In this document: positions 40,873-52,700 of the stretch, in pieces
How positions within the stretch are numbered: the stretch's first letter is position 1
Layout: each line of letters starts with the position of its first letter
Origin: Legionellaceae bacterium
Lineage (GTDB): Bacteria; Pseudomonadota; Gammaproteobacteria; Legionellales; Legionellaceae
Length of the DNA: 64,000 bases
Direction of reading: 5' to 3'
NCBI GenBank assembly: GCA_947474165.1
Contig: CANJHO010000001.1
Span: 18 to 64,017 of the forward strand
The notes under the pieces: model-generated
Seen by the model: only the letters and a program-made list of their open reading frames with translations
Told to the model about the DNA's origin: nothing
Databases searched by the model: none
Program-made: the position numbers and the translations under genes

Positions 40873-41568
40873 CTAAAGTTTCCGACAAACCAGTAGATAA
40901 TTTACATCAATGCCCGGTTGAAGCGAGGCTACTCGTGTGAAGGGATTATAGGACAAACCTGACATGCCGACGGTTTCAAACCCTGCAGCCCTTGTCATGG
41001 CCGACAATTCGCTGACTTTAATCAATTTATCATAATCATGGGTTTGACGCGGCAATAAGCCGAATAAGTATTCTGCAGCAATAATCGCAGTAGCATAGGC
41101 TTTCATTGTTCGATTGATCGTTGATAAAAATAAATACCCACCTACGTTAAGCATGCGCGCACAGTGGTTAATCACCAACTGAGGATCAGTGACGTGCTCT
41201 AACATCTCCATACAAGTCACCAAATCAAATGAACCCTTTTTATAGTCTTCCAACGGTTTACAAACATAGGTTATTTTTAATCCCTCGGCACTGGCATGTG
41301 CCATTGCCGCATTGATTGCCTCGGGCTCAACATCAAGTCCCGTAACAATCGCACCTTCCCTAGCCAAGCCCTCAGCCAAAATCCCACCACCACAGCCTAC
41401 GTCTAAAACAGACTGTTGAGTCAATTGACTAAATTGCCGAATAAATTTGATACGCACTGGATTGATATCGTGAAGGGTTTTTAAAGGCCCTTCAGTATTC
41501 CACCATTGCGTGGCCTGTTGGGCAAATTTAGCCACTTCCAGCGCATCAATTGTTGTTTTTTTTGTCAT
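40873..41568 (-). CDS. ubiG: Ubiquinone biosynthesis O-methyltransferase
   Basis: VLDVGCGGGILAEGLAREGAIVTGLD SAM motif. N-terminus WWNTEGPLKTLHDINPVR is typical of UbiG. Confidence 0.9.
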   Translation of the reverse strand: MTKKTTIDALEVAKFAQQATQWWNTEGPLKTLHDINPVRIKFIRQFSQLTQQSVLDVGCGGGILAEGLAREGAIVTGLDVEPEAINAAMAHASAEGLKITYVCKPLEDYKKGSFDLVTCMEMLEHVTDPQLVINHCARMLNVGGYLFLSTINRTMKAYATAIIAAEYLFGLLPRQTHDYDKLIKVSELSAMTRAAGFETVGMSGLSYNPFTRVASLQPGIDVNYLLVCRKL

Positions 41569-42274
41569 ATTGGCCTAATAAGTCCATGGGTTTAAAAAAA
41601 TTCACTACCTTGGGATCCGTAATGAAGCTTATATTATAAGGATGCACCGCGTAAAGACCCGTTAAAAGATCGGTGCTCGCGATCTTTTGTGCAATGTTCC
41701 CCAATAACACTAGCCTTAATGAGGGATTTTCCTCCGCCAATTGATGGAGCAATGCCTGAATAAAAGGTTGCCATTGGCGGGCATGATAAGGGACCTGCCC
41801 CTCACGATAAACCAAGGATGCATTCAATAACAAAAAACCTTCAGACATAAAGGCTGAAAATAATTCCGAAGCCGTCTGAAGATACTGCGATTTATCCAAT
41901 CTGGCAATCGCTGCTTGTGAAAAATCATCTATCAGATCACCACGAGCAAATAAAAACATTTTGATTAAATTTCGCAATGAAGTGGCCTTGTTCACGGATT
42001 TAGAAAGACCTGTCTCCCTCCATAAAGAACCAACCGAGTTATCCCAAAAAGCATACCCATTGGCCGAGGCTTGCCTTGGATACGGCGACTCCCCGAGAAG
42101 AATATAATGCGTTGCAGATAGTGGCATATTAAATGCTGCAAATAAGCATTGAAGCCCTGGCAACCATCCTGGATTATTTTTTAGTGCGTCAAGATAGGTT
42201 GAGTCCATGGTTTTAAGCGAGCACTTAAGAATAGCCTGCCATTCTGGATGCACTGTTTGGATGAGATTTTGCAT
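41546..42274 (-). CDS. Uracil-DNA glycosylase superfamily protein (divergent family-1-like)
   Basis: ILLGESPYPRQASANGYAFWD parallels the Ung motif VILGQDPYHGPGQAHGLAF. Start at ATG 42274; the ORF extends to 42340. Confidence 0.55.
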   Translation of the reverse strand: MQNLIQTVHPEWQAILKCSLKTMDSTYLDALKNNPGWLPGLQCLFAAFNMPLSATHYILLGESPYPRQASANGYAFWDNSVGSLWRETGLSKSVNKATSLRNLIKMFLFARGDLIDDFSQAAIARLDKSQYLQTASELFSAFMSEGFLLLNASLVYREGQVPYHARQWQPFIQALLHQLAEENPSLRLVLLGNIAQKIASTDLLTGLYAVHPYNISFITDPKVVNFFKPMDLLGQYDKKNNN

Positions 42275-42327
42275 GCATGCTCCGTAAAAAAATGCCATTA
42301 TATACTGTATGCAGAGCAGAGAGAAAA

Positions 42328-43533
42328 ATGGACCCCTCAATCACAAAATTACTGTCTTGTTTGCGCGCCAATGAATCGATGATGATGACGCAATTACACC
42401 ATTTTTGTCAGATTAATTCAGGATCTGATAATTTATCAGGGCTAGCGTCTATGTGCGCTGTCTTAAAAACCGCCTACGCCCCACTGGCAGATCACATTGA
42501 AACCCATCGCCTACCCCCTGTTTCAATGATCACCATGCGTGGTGAAACCACCCTTCAACCCTGTGGGGATCTATTATTCATACAAAAACGCCCTGAACTT
42601 CAACGACGTATTCTTCTAAGCGGGCACATGGACACCGTGTATGGCCTGACCCATTCCTTTCAAACATTAAAACGTATCAATGCAAACTGCATGAATGGCC
42701 CTGGTGTCGCTGACATGAAAGGTGGTCTCATTGTCATGTTGCATGCCTTAATTGCCTTTGAGGCATCGCCTCATGCAGCAAACATTGGCTGGGATGTGGT
42801 CATCAATGCAGATGAGGAAATCGGCTCACCCGCTTCCAGTGTATTTTTAGAATCTATTGCCAGAAACTATGAAGCGGCCTTGGTCTATGAGCCCACCCTG
42901 ACTGCCGGTGGTACCCTGGCAAAAAATCGCAAAGGCAGTGGCAAATTAACTTTGATTGCCTCAGGTAGAGCCGCTCATGCCGGTCGGGCATTTAATGAGG
43001 GTCGAAATGCCATTTGTTATCTTGCTGACACCATAACAGCCATCCATGCGCTCAATGGTCTTCGTGATGGCATTACCATCAATGTGGGGAAGATTGCAGG
43101 CGGGGATGCTTTGAATGTCGTGCCTGATAAAGCCGTAGCAAAACTGGATATACGAATTAGTCATCCTGAAGATGAACAATGGGTACGACAAAAAATTGAT
43201 GATATTATTAACAACAATCAACGTGAAGGTTGTTCATTGCACATAGATGGCCACTTTGGTCGACCCGTAAAACAAGTTAACTCGGCATTAGAAAGCCTAT
43301 TTTTTCGCCTACAACACCTTGGAGAATTACTGGGATTATCCATTGATTGGAAGGACAGTGGGGGTTGCTGTGATGGGAATAACCTTGCGGCCTTTGGACT
43401 ACCAGTACTCGACACGCTGGGGGTTCGTGGCGGTGATATTCATAGCGACAATGAATTTATATGTCTTGATAGCTTAGTTGAGCGCGCGGCGCTAAGCGCA
43501 CTCCTACTCATGGATTTAGCCGAAAAAGCTTAA
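42328..43533 (+). CDS. M20-family metallopeptidase (carboxypeptidase G2 / deacylase-like)
   Basis: LSGHMDTVYG, GVADMKGG and NADEEIGSPAS motifs. Start at ATG 42328. Confidence 0.8.
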   Translation: MDPSITKLLSCLRANESMMMTQLHHFCQINSGSDNLSGLASMCAVLKTAYAPLADHIETHRLPPVSMITMRGETTLQPCGDLLFIQKRPELQRRILLSGHMDTVYGLTHSFQTLKRINANCMNGPGVADMKGGLIVMLHALIAFEASPHAANIGWDVVINADEEIGSPASSVFLESIARNYEAALVYEPTLTAGGTLAKNRKGSGKLTLIASGRAAHAGRAFNEGRNAICYLADTITAIHALNGLRDGITINVGKIAGGDALNVVPDKAVAKLDIRISHPEDEQWVRQKIDDIINNNQREGCSLHIDGHFGRPVKQVNSALESLFFRLQHLGELLGLSIDWKDSGGCCDGNNLAAFGLPVLDTLGVRGGDIHSDNEFICLDSLVERAALSALLLMDLAEKA

Positions 43534-43545
43534 GGATTGAGGACA

Positions 43546-44565
43546 ATGATAGTATTCCGTAGGGCGCTCATGGATGATTTGACTGACATACACCAGTTAG
43601 CTAATCAAAGGGGCGTGTTAGGCATCACCACATTGCCTAATCATATTGATTTGCTAACTAAACGACTGGCTTGGTCAAATACATCCTTTAACAAAGCATT
43701 AAAATCCAGGGGCCCTGAATATTATTTATTTGTACTTGAAGACACCGATAGTCGAAAAGTCGTCGGCACATCAGCCATCGAAGCAAGTATTGGGTTTGAT
43801 GCCCCCTTTTATTCTTACAAACTCTCAAAGCTCACGCGAATGTGTCATGCCCTTGATATTCGAACGGATTATGAAGTATTAAATCTCGTGAATGATCATC
43901 AAGGGGTTAGTGAAATCTGCACCCTTTTTCTAGATCCAAACTATCGAAAGCACAGTTTTGGGCTCCTTTTATCCAGGGCTCGTTTTTTATTCATTGCCAC
44001 GTTCCCTAAACGATTTTCTAAACAAATCATTGCAGAAATGCGAGGAAATGCGAGTGAGGAGGGCCACTCCCCCTTCTGGAATGCAATCGGTGCTCATTTT
44101 TTTAAAATGTCATTTCTTGAAGCAGATCGGCTCACCTTGTCCACTGACAAACAATTCATTGCTGATTTAATGCCCAGACATCCTATTTATGTCAATTTAT
44201 TAGATCAAAGCGCCCAAGATGTGATTGGAATCCCCCATCCATCGACCATGCCTGCCATGCGAATTTTATTCCATGAAGGATTTCATTATAACAACTATGT
44301 CGATATCTTTGATGGTGGCCCGACGATTGAAGCGTCACGCGATCAAATTAAGACGGCAGCCGAGAGCAAAGTCTTTAACTTTAAAAATAGTCTTGATAAA
44401 GTTGCCAGCAAAAGGTTTATCATTGCGAATACAACACTAGATTTTCGTGCCACGGTGGGGCAAGTCATTTTCAATCAGGAAGAATCCTCTTGCACACTAA
44501 CGCATGAAACAGCCGCGGTATTACAAGTGCAAGCAGGCGACTCACTTCGGATTTCACCGTTATAA
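43546..44565 (+). CDS. astA: Arginine N-succinyltransferase
   Basis: N-terminus MIVFRRALMDDLTDIHQLA parallels E. coli AstA. Followed by astD and astB. Confidence 0.85.
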   Translation: MIVFRRALMDDLTDIHQLANQRGVLGITTLPNHIDLLTKRLAWSNTSFNKALKSRGPEYYLFVLEDTDSRKVVGTSAIEASIGFDAPFYSYKLSKLTRMCHALDIRTDYEVLNLVNDHQGVSEICTLFLDPNYRKHSFGLLLSRARFLFIATFPKRFSKQIIAEMRGNASEEGHSPFWNAIGAHFFKMSFLEADRLTLSTDKQFIADLMPRHPIYVNLLDQSAQDVIGIPHPSTMPAMRILFHEGFHYNNYVDIFDGGPTIEASRDQIKTAAESKVFNFKNSLDKVASKRFIIANTTLDFRATVGQVIFNQEESSCTLTHETAAVLQVQAGDSLRISPL

Positions 44566-44586
44566 TCCATAATCAAAGGATCCCGC

Positions 44587-46044
44587 ATGAAACAGCACTA
44601 TATTGACGGACAATGGGTGAAGGGACATGGTGCCCCATTGACCTCAATCAATCCCGCAGATGGCACGCTGATATGGCGCGGCACACATGCGACAGGAATT
44701 GATGTGGCTAAAGCGATGGATGCAGCCCATCGTGCTTTTGATAGCTGGTCTTGTTTGAGCCTCACGGCCAGAGGCACACACCTTCAAAATTTTGCAAAAC
44801 AAGTGGAAAAAAGACGTCAAGCCTTAATCTATTCCATTGCAGAAGAGGCAGGAAAACCGTTGTGGGAAGCAGCAACGGAGGTCAGTGCTGTGATATCTAA
44901 AATCAAGTTATCTTTACAGGCTTATGAAGAACGAACAGGAATGCACCATAAACCAAACCCTGAAGCCCAAGGTATGCTTCGTTATAAACCGCTGGGTGTT
45001 GTTGCAGTGATTGGCCCTTTTAATTTTCCTGCCCATTTAAGCAATGGACATATTGTGCCAGCACTCCTTGCGGGTAATACGGTGGTGTATAAACCCAGTG
45101 AGCTAACACCTGGGGTGGCCGAATTGATTATCCAATGTTGGGATGAGAGTGGCTTGCCTAAGGGTGTAATTAATTGTATTCAAGGGGATGCAAGCACTGG
45201 AAAAATATTGCTAAATCAGGATCTCCAAGGTGTCTATTTTACGGGAAGTTATCAAACCGGTCTAAAAATAAATCAACTATTCAGTGATCGACCTGAGGTA
45301 ATGCTTGCCCTAGAAATGGGGGGCAATAACCCATTGATCATTGATACCATCAAAAATATTCCTGCCGCAGTTTACCATACCCTACTCTCAGCCTTTATCA
45401 CAGCAGGACAACGCTGTACCTGTGCAAGACGCATACTGATTCCCGATAATGCCCTGGGAGATGAGTTTCTTTCACAATTGGTGAATGCCACTAAATCATT
45501 AAAGGTGGGTCCTTATACGGACACCCCAGAACCCTTTACAGGCCCTGTGATTAGTCATGCACATGCCTTATCGCATTTGAAACATCAAGCCTCTCTCATC
45601 AAAGCCGGGGGTAAAGACATCCTGATGATGTCACTGCTTAAAGCAAACTCAGGACTGCTGTCACCCGGACTCATTGACATGACTGGGGTTGATAATCCAG
45701 CCGATGAAGAAATTTTCGCACCGCTGGCACAAATTTATCGCTACACCCATTTTGATGATGCACTGATGCTCGCCAATAAAACCCGCTATGGTTTGGCTGC
45801 GGGGTTGATGAGTGATAGCGAAGCACATTACCATCAATTTTATCAAACGATTCGCGCGGGCTTAATCAACTGGAATAGACCCACCACGGGCGCTGCCGGT
45901 AACCTTCCTTTTGGTGGAATAGGCAAAAGTGGCAATCATCGCCCTAGCGCCTACTTTGCTGCAGATTATTGTGCCTACCCGATTGCCAGTTTAGAGCAAG
46001 CTGAATTAACCTTGCCTGAGCAGCCTGTGCCTGGGATTTTCTAG
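44587..46044 (+). CDS. astD: Succinylglutamate-semialdehyde dehydrogenase
   Basis: Aldehyde dehydrogenase with the motifs LEMGGNNP and GQRCTCARR. Sits in AST cluster context. Confidence 0.88.
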   Translation: MKQHYIDGQWVKGHGAPLTSINPADGTLIWRGTHATGIDVAKAMDAAHRAFDSWSCLSLTARGTHLQNFAKQVEKRRQALIYSIAEEAGKPLWEAATEVSAVISKIKLSLQAYEERTGMHHKPNPEAQGMLRYKPLGVVAVIGPFNFPAHLSNGHIVPALLAGNTVVYKPSELTPGVAELIIQCWDESGLPKGVINCIQGDASTGKILLNQDLQGVYFTGSYQTGLKINQLFSDRPEVMLALEMGGNNPLIIDTIKNIPAAVYHTLLSAFITAGQRCTCARRILIPDNALGDEFLSQLVNATKSLKVGPYTDTPEPFTGPVISHAHALSHLKHQASLIKAGGKDILMMSLLKANSGLLSPGLIDMTGVDNPADEEIFAPLAQIYRYTHFDDALMLANKTRYGLAAGLMSDSEAHYHQFYQTIRAGLINWNRPTTGAAGNLPFGGIGKSGNHRPSAYFAADYCAYPIASLEQAELTLPEQPVPGIF

Positions 46045-46062
46045 CTTCCTTAAGGAAACATC

Positions 46063-47427
46063 ATGACCGTATATGAATTAAATATGGATGGATTGGTAGG
46101 GCCCAGCCATCATTATGCAGGTCTCTCCGTTGGAAATATTGCATCCCTATCCAATGCAAGACAACTATCCAACCCTAGGGCTGCAGCGCATCAAGGGATC
46201 GCAAAAATGAGGCTATTGCATCAACTGGGATTAAAACAAGCCCTACTGCCACCCCATCAACGTCCCAATCTTCAGTTATTGCACCAACTTGGATTTACTG
46301 GCACACCGGTGATGCAACTCAACAAAGTAAAACGTGAAGCCCCCCTGATACTGAGTGCCTGTTATTCCGCATCAAGTATGTGGGCTGCCAATGCGGCAAC
46401 CGTCACACCCAGTCTAGATACCGATGACAAACGTGTTCATTTTACACCAGCCAATCTCATCAATAATTTGCATCGCCAGCAAGAAGCTGCTTTTTCAGCA
46501 CAACTCTTCAAGACATTATTTGCCGATCCAGATTATTTTCACCATCATCAACCCTTGCCTTCATCTATAACCACCAGTGATGAGGGGGCGGCCAATCATA
46601 CGCGCTTTGCTCAACACCATAGCGAGACAGGCATTCATTTATTTGTTTATGGCAAACAGGCCTTACCCCCAAATAATCCCGCACCAACACCCACCCGATT
46701 CCCCGCCCGACAAAGCTTAGAAGCCTCACAGGTTATTGCACGGCGTCACTTATTACGCCCCGAACAAGTCATCTTTGCAGCTCAAAATCCAGCTGTGATT
46801 GATGAAGGGGTATTTCATAATGACGTTATCGCTGTGGGAAATGAGTCATTATTACTTCTTCACGAAGATGCTTTTCTAAATCAAGCGGATGTATTAGCGG
46901 AATTATCTGATAAATCCTCATTTCCAATACAGATTATCGAGGTCAAACGAGGCATTATCCCTGTGAAAGAGGCAGTGCAAAGTTATTTATTTAATTCTCA
47001 ATTGATTAGCTTACCCCATTCATCACAGCATAAAAAAATGGCATTAATTGCCCCCAGTGAATGTGAAACACATCCGTCAATCAAAGCCTACATTGATGAA
47101 CTAATTGCCGACCCTACAAATCCCATCACAGAAGTTCATTTTTTAGATCTCAAACAAAGTATGAAGAATGGTGGAGGTCCCGCATGCCTTCGGTTGCGTG
47201 TGCCGCTTAATGAAGAGGAACTCGCGGCAATGGCCCCAGGTATTTTGGTCAATAATCAACTTTTAGATCAATTAGATACTTGGGTTGATCAATATTATCG
47301 CTCAGCATTACATCTAGATGATTTGGCTGATCCACAGCTAATGGATGAATGCTTTTCAGCCTTGGATGCGCTCACGGTTATGCTGGGATTAGGCGCTATC
47401 TATCCTTTTCAGCGTGCCAATAATTAA
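46063..47427 (+). CDS. astB: N-succinylarginine dihydrolase
   Basis: N-terminus [21 protein letters not shown] matches AstB ([21 protein letters not shown]). Confidence 0.92.
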   Translation: MTVYELNMDGLVGPSHHYAGLSVGNIASLSNARQLSNPRAAAHQGIAKMRLLHQLGLKQALLPPHQRPNLQLLHQLGFTGTPVMQLNKVKREAPLILSACYSASSMWAANAATVTPSLDTDDKRVHFTPANLINNLHRQQEAAFSAQLFKTLFADPDYFHHHQPLPSSITTSDEGAANHTRFAQHHSETGIHLFVYGKQALPPNNPAPTPTRFPARQSLEASQVIARRHLLRPEQVIFAAQNPAVIDEGVFHNDVIAVGNESLLLLHEDAFLNQADVLAELSDKSSFPIQIIEVKRGIIPVKEAVQSYLFNSQLISLPHSSQHKKMALIAPSECETHPSIKAYIDELIADPTNPITEVHFLDLKQSMKNGGGPACLRLRVPLNEEELAAMAPGILVNNQLLDQLDTWVDQYYRSALHLDDLADPQLMDECFSALDALTVMLGLGAIYPFQRANN

Positions 47428-47645
47428 ATCGTTGAAACGGGGTCCATATATGGGCAAAGAGCGCCCATAAAAAATTGTGCGAAAAATAATGTAAACGATC
47501 CTCCAAAGAGCCTTCCCAGTATGCTCTTTTTCATTCGCCGAAAATCGCTGCCAGATGAGATCTCTACTATGGCAGAGTTGAATGCCTGTGATATCATCAC
47601 CTTCTAACAAAAAGGTTTTGATAATGACTACGGAGGACAAGCAAC

Positions 47646-48488
47646 TTGAGACATTGGCTGTTATCTTTTTGTATTTTTTTTTCTCCCCCTATTTTTCCAT
47701 GGAATGCATTGGGCCATCGGCTTATCGCACAAATCGCTTATGATGAAATAACACCACACACAAGACAAGTGTTGAATCGCTATCAGCTCGCACTTGATAA
47801 AATATATAAACCCCAAACATTGGTGGATTCGGCGGTCTGGCTTGATATGTTGCGATATCAAGGGATTGGTTGGTATGCGCCCATGCATTATATTGATATT
47901 CCTTTTTCAGAGGATGGAAGCCCATTGCCTATACCGCAACAAATTAATGCGGTATGGGCGATTGACAATGCAAACAATGTGTTGCTAAATAAATATGCGA
48001 CAGATTTTGATAAAGGCATTGCTTTGCGTATTCTACTCCACGTTGTGGGTGATATTCATCAGCCGCTTCATGCGGCAACAAAAGTATCAGCCCATTTTCA
48101 GCGGGGTGATCAAGGGGGCAACCTAGTGCCCTTAACTGGCAATCCTGTTGCTAAAAATTTACATGCCTATTGGGATAGAGGCGCTGGGCTATTAAAAACA
48201 AAAAAACGACTGAATGCTTCAGACACTAGAGAAATGGCTCAAATACTAGAGAAAAAATGGCCCTGTTCGAAAGAAGATTTAAGATTTAATGCGCGCCTTT
48301 GGGCGGAAGAATCCCATCAATTGGCCGTCAATCATGCATATAAATTTCCAATCGATTCAAACTATCAACAAAATACTCAAACGATAATAGCACATCGTAT
48401 AGCGCTAGCAGGTTGTCGATTAGCTAACTTGTTGACTCAACTAGATTTAGCATTAACAAATCATTTATCAACCCTTAAAATATCATGA
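47646..48488 (+). CDS. S1/P1-family nuclease (secreted, zinc-dependent)
   Basis: WNALGHRLIAQIAYDEI, HVVGDIHQPLHA, GGN and LHAYWD motifs. TTG start lies 8 nt after GGAGGA. Hydrophobic leader. Confidence 0.85.
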   Translation: MRHWLLSFCIFFSPPIFPWNALGHRLIAQIAYDEITPHTRQVLNRYQLALDKIYKPQTLVDSAVWLDMLRYQGIGWYAPMHYIDIPFSEDGSPLPIPQQINAVWAIDNANNVLLNKYATDFDKGIALRILLHVVGDIHQPLHAATKVSAHFQRGDQGGNLVPLTGNPVAKNLHAYWDRGAGLLKTKKRLNASDTREMAQILEKKWPCSKEDLRFNARLWAEESHQLAVNHAYKFPIDSNYQQNTQTIIAHRIALAGCRLANLLTQLDLALTNHLSTLKIS

Positions 48489-48498
48489 GGATTTTTAT

Positions 48499-49950
48499 AT
48501 GTTAACCCAGAAACAGATTGAGCAATTTTTGAACGCGGTTTCATCGGCTAAAATGCAAATGGATGGCTTTGCACCAACATCTTGGTTACATCATTTAGAA
48601 GCTCGTTTTACTCTATTTTGTTTGGAGGGCCATTTACGAAGACCCACGATGACAGTCGAAAATGATCTTATCCTTTTTTTAAAAGCACGGTGGGAGAAGG
48701 TTCTTATCAACACGAACATTCAGTATCTTCATGATTTTACTAATCCTGCTAATCAAGCGTGTATTAGCATCGCCCGAGGACTGGGAATCATATTAAACGA
48801 TTCATATTTAGGGTTCTTGATGCCAACCCTTTTTCTGGTAAAATCTCAAGACTATACAACTTCACCTTATATCGATAACGACCTGCTCTTGCATGATCTG
48901 GTCTTAAGTGATTGCAATACCCGTATCATTCACCTTCCGGATGTGTTGGACTGTTCACAAGAGGATGGTATTTTAAAACATAACTCCTTGGTATTGAATA
49001 AAATAAAAATATTAAGTCCAAGTGAACAAAACCGTCTTCTGTCTAGGCATCCAACAGTAAATACCTATTATGATGCCTTAAAAGCACGAGTGGACTTTAA
49101 AATATCCGGTGATACGGTCGGCGCTGCGTTAACTCGCTTAATCCAGGGCCTACGTGATGGGGGAGAAAAAAAAACGCGTAAGGCGGATAATTCAGGTGCT
49201 GCTGCGAATCAAGCCGTTGTAGAATTTTATGAGTATATGGAAACGCTAGACGATGCGATCAAGGTGCAGTTGATGAATGCCACTAAATATGATCGCTATA
49301 AAGGTGCCAAACCAGAGTTGCTCTCAATAGAATCATTGTGGCATTCATTGACCTGTCACAAAGAAAACAAGTTCAAGGATGTTACTTTTTGTGTGGAATC
49401 AATCGCAAATAGTTTAGAGGAAATACTTGTAGAAAATCCCTGGCTCTATAATTTACTTTCTTATTGGGGTGAGGCTCCCACGACACTATCTGAGTTAAAT
49501 ACGTCTATTCTTGAAACCAAAGTATTAATGGAGACCGCTTTACCATTCCTAGAAAAACACCCTTGTTATGTTGAAGGGGATAATATGGTATTAATTTATG
49601 CCTTATTAGATGCCATACAATCCAACCAGAATTTTCCTCTACTGGTGAATGATGTTGCATCCTTTGTAAAACAATATGAATTCTTCTTAAAAGAGAAACA
49701 AAATGTAACACTAATTTCAGTGGTACTAAAACAAATTAGCAAAAGCTACCCTCACGGTTTTATGTTGGAAGTACTCGAAAAGTTGGATATTCATGAAAAA
49801 AAGAGTTTTAAAATGCTCACAGGTTTTTTGTCGGATAGCGTTGACTTCAGGAAACCAGAATTACCTACATTTTTTCATAAAAAACGCCCCGGAGAGGAGC
49901 GATTGGATTCAACCAAGCACCCAAGGATGGAATCAACCGGATCAGATTAA
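48499..49950 (+). CDS. Hypothetical protein (483 aa); effector candidate, apparently co-transcribed with the nuclease
   Basis: ATG lies 10 nt after the nuclease stop and is preceded by GAGGA. No recognised domain. Confidence 0.7.
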   Translation: MLTQKQIEQFLNAVSSAKMQMDGFAPTSWLHHLEARFTLFCLEGHLRRPTMTVENDLILFLKARWEKVLINTNIQYLHDFTNPANQACISIARGLGIILNDSYLGFLMPTLFLVKSQDYTTSPYIDNDLLLHDLVLSDCNTRIIHLPDVLDCSQEDGILKHNSLVLNKIKILSPSEQNRLLSRHPTVNTYYDALKARVDFKISGDTVGAALTRLIQGLRDGGEKKTRKADNSGAAANQAVVEFYEYMETLDDAIKVQLMNATKYDRYKGAKPELLSIESLWHSLTCHKENKFKDVTFCVESIANSLEEILVENPWLYNLLSYWGEAPTTLSELNTSILETKVLMETALPFLEKHPCYVEGDNMVLIYALLDAIQSNQNFPLLVNDVASFVKQYEFFLKEKQNVTLISVVLKQISKSYPHGFMLEVLEKLDIHEKKSFKMLTGFLSDSVDFRKPELPTFFHKKRPGEERLDSTKHPRMESTGSD

Positions 49951-50031
49951 GTCGATATTATTTTATTCGCATGATTAAACAGCAAAACAGATCGATACTG
50001 GACCTCTCGCACCACGCCCGGGGTCCATTCA

Positions 50032-51285
50032 TCAACCCAAATAAGGAGACCATGCTGGCTCTTGTACATCGCCCGCCCTTGAGGGTAATCGTATTTTTAC
50101 ACGTCCATCAATGGTGACCATCGACAAAACACCTTTGTCTTGGTAATGGGTTGCATAAAGCACTAACCGACCGTTAGGCGATACTGAGGGCGATTCATCC
50201 AATTGTGAGGACGTTAAAGGGGTAATCCGACCACTACCCACATCCTGTACACCGATATTAAACTGCCTGTCTTCACGGTGCAGCATCACAATGAATTTTT
50301 GATTATACGTATACGATGCCCGAGCATTATAGTTTCCATCGTAGGTTACTCGACTAATGGCGCCATTTGCAAAAGATAAGCGATAGATTTGTGGTGATCC
50401 ACCTCGTCCTGATGTGAACAATAAAGAACGGCCATCCGGTGAATAACGGGGCTCTGTATCAATGGCATCACCAAAAGTGACCTGAGTTAAACGACCCGAA
50501 GCCATATCAATGGTGTAAATTTTGGGGTTACCCCCTTTGGATAAAACAACAGCCAGTTGTCGACCATCGGGTGACCATGAGGGGGCACCATTAATGCCTG
50601 CAAAATCTGTGATGAGTCGACGTTGACCTGTTTCCACTGAAACAGTGAATATTTGAGCCCGCTTTTTTTCAAAAGAAACATAGGCAATATGCAGTCCATC
50701 AGGTGACCAAGTGGGTGACATAATGGGCTCAGGAGACACCAATAAACTGCGTGGATTACTGCCATCGACGTCAGCAACCTCTAATGAATACCGTGTTCTA
50801 TCACCACGCTGAACCAAAATATAAGCGATTCGTGTTGAAAAAATACCTCGTTCGCCGGTTAGTTTCTGATACACCTCATCGCTGATATGATGCGCCAAAG
50901 CATTTAATTCATTCCCATTAATTTGATAGTCTTTGGCCAGTAACAATCGACCATGAGCGGCTGCATCAGCCAACTGAATATTCACATGATAATGATTACC
51001 CCCTGTCTGTTGAACCTGACCTGATAAAACGCTGTCAGCACCTGCTTGACGCCATAAGTTAATGTCTGGCTGACCTTGGGTTGGTGGGGAAATCAATTTA
51101 AACTGGCCTGACATGCGCAAGTCACCCTGAATAATGCTGGTCAATTGTTCGGCTGATGGTGGGCCATTAAACACATTAATCGCAATGGGCAATGCCGAAT
51201 TGATTCCTTGTGTTAATTCCAAGTCCACGGCAAATGCTGCTCCCGTAAAACAAAACAAGCAGATGGAAAAAAAACGATTCATCAC
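50032..51285 (-). CDS. tolB: Tol-Pal system beta-propeller protein TolB
   Basis: Signal peptide. Repeated SPDG/SWSPDG propeller motifs. Confidence 0.95.
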   Translation of the reverse strand: MMNRFFSICLFCFTGAAFAVDLELTQGINSALPIAINVFNGPPSAEQLTSIIQGDLRMSGQFKLISPPTQGQPDINLWRQAGADSVLSGQVQQTGGNHYHVNIQLADAAAHGRLLLAKDYQINGNELNALAHHISDEVYQKLTGERGIFSTRIAYILVQRGDRTRYSLEVADVDGSNPRSLLVSPEPIMSPTWSPDGLHIAYVSFEKKRAQIFTVSVETGQRRLITDFAGINGAPSWSPDGRQLAVVLSKGGNPKIYTIDMASGRLTQVTFGDAIDTEPRYSPDGRSLLFTSGRGGSPQIYRLSFANGAISRVTYDGNYNARASYTYNQKFIVMLHREDRQFNIGVQDVGSGRITPLTSSQLDESPSVSPNGRLVLYATHYQDKGVLSMVTIDGRVKIRLPSRAGDVQEPAWSPYLG

Positions 51286-51288
51286 AAA

Positions 51289-52242
51289 TTACCCCCTGGC
51301 ATTTTCTGGTCGTACCGTTAAACTAATATCACGAAATACATTGAATATAGACGGGTCGCTCGGCACTGGCAATGGCGATGCCTTATAAATGGCTGATTGT
51401 GCCGATCGGTCTAAAATAGCATCCCCACTGCTGCGCGTCAGGTTCACATCAAGAACCGCGCCATTGGGCGCCAATCGGATCCGAAACTGACTGGATAATT
51501 GACCATTTACATTCTCTGGCAAAATCCATTGTCGACTAATTGCATCGATGATTAATGCCTTGTATTTATCAACCTCACCTGCCATCCGTGCATTATTTTC
51601 TGCAGTTAAGGCCGCCTGTTGTAAGTTAGCTGCTTGCTGTTTTTGTTCTAAGGCTTCTTTCGCTTTTAAAGCACTCGCCTCCATTGCACGCGCCAGCTCC
51701 AATGCTTTTTTCTTATTTAACTCAGCCAGTTTTTTGGCTTCTTGTTCCTGTTGCTCTTGCAGCTTTTTTTGCTGGCTTTTCATTTCTGCAAGATTTTTCT
51801 CTTCCGCTTCTTTCTGTATTGTTAATTGTTTTAAACGACGTTGCTCTTCGGCCATTTTCTTCTCGCGCAGAATGGCCAATTGAGCGGCTTCATTTTTTAA
51901 TTTTTCTAAATGTTGCTGCTCTTGAATACGGTTCTGACGGGCAGCTTGTGCCTGTTGTGTTAACATGCGTTGCCGATTATCTTCCACTTGTCGTTGGTGC
52001 GCCTGCTCATTTTTTAATCGATTTACCGTGTTCATCACCTCAGCACTATTCACACTAACGGCCTTAATCACCTCTTCCTGATGCAAAGTAGCAATCGGCT
52101 GTGATGCGCTGGATTCGGTTTTTGTAGCTTGTACCAATACAGGCCGCGCAGTTATTGATTCTATCAATAAAAAAACAGCGATCAATACATGCAAGGACAC
52201 TGCGGCAATAAATGCATTTCTATAACTTAAGCGGGCAATCAT
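51289..52242 (-). CDS. tolA: Tol-Pal system protein TolA
   Basis: N-terminal TM, long K/E/A/Q-rich helix and a TolA C-terminal domain. Sits between tolR and tolB. Confidence 0.88.
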   Translation of the reverse strand: MIARLSYRNAFIAAVSLHVLIAVFLLIESITARPVLVQATKTESSASQPIATLHQEEVIKAVSVNSAEVMNTVNRLKNEQAHQRQVEDNRQRMLTQQAQAARQNRIQEQQHLEKLKNEAAQLAILREKKMAEEQRRLKQLTIQKEAEEKNLAEMKSQQKKLQEQQEQEAKKLAELNKKKALELARAMEASALKAKEALEQKQQAANLQQAALTAENNARMAGEVDKYKALIIDAISRQWILPENVNGQLSSQFRIRLAPNGAVLDVNLTRSSGDAILDRSAQSAIYKASPLPVPSDPSIFNVFRDISLTVRPENARG

Positions 52243-52697
52243 GCTTGATTCTCTCCTTTAACATCAGAGGAATCCGTCAGCAAACCCACCTGCTCAGCGC
52301 CCGCCTGTTTTAACAGATTCATGGCCGACATCACCCGACCATAGGAAACACCTTGATCCCCTTTCACTAAAACATTCAATACCTGTTTCGATTGCCGTGC
52401 CAACTCAAGTTCCGCTGCAACACGGACCATCAAGGTTTGAGGATCAATCGGAGCATTGGGGAGGGTGTGTAGATTTAAAAAAAACTCCCCCTCTCGATTA
52501 ACAGATACAATAATAGGCTCTCTATCAGCCGCTTTAAGGGTTGCACTGGCCGTTTTTGGCAAATCCACCGTAACGCCTTGGGTTAATATAGGGGCTGTTA
52601 TCATAAAAATGACGAGTAACACCAACATCACATCAATGTAGGGAACCACATTAATTTCAGACATGGGACTGGTGCGGCGTTTTTTGTTATTGAGCAT
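52239..52697 (-). CDS. tolR: Tol-Pal system protein TolR (ExbD/TolR family)
   Basis: [25 protein letters not shown] motif. Confidence 0.9.
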   Translation of the reverse strand: MLNNKKRRTSPMSEINVVPYIDVMLVLLVIFMITAPILTQGVTVDLPKTASATLKAADREPIIVSVNREGEFFLNLHTLPNAPIDPQTLMVRVAAELELARQSKQVLNVLVKGDQGVSYGRVMSAMNLLKQAGAEQVGLLTDSSDVKGENQA

Positions 52698-52700
52698 GCA

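Noticed and set aside
47389-47640. 83-aa minus-strand ORF between astB and the nuclease gene
   Set aside because: It overlaps the astB 3' end. It has no motif and no convincing ribosome-binding site. Probably spurious.
51548-52058. Two plus-strand ORFs (111 and 124 aa) rich in A/S/C/F
   Set aside because: They lie antisense to the low-complexity K/E/A/Q region of tolA. Their composition mirrors the complement of that repeat.
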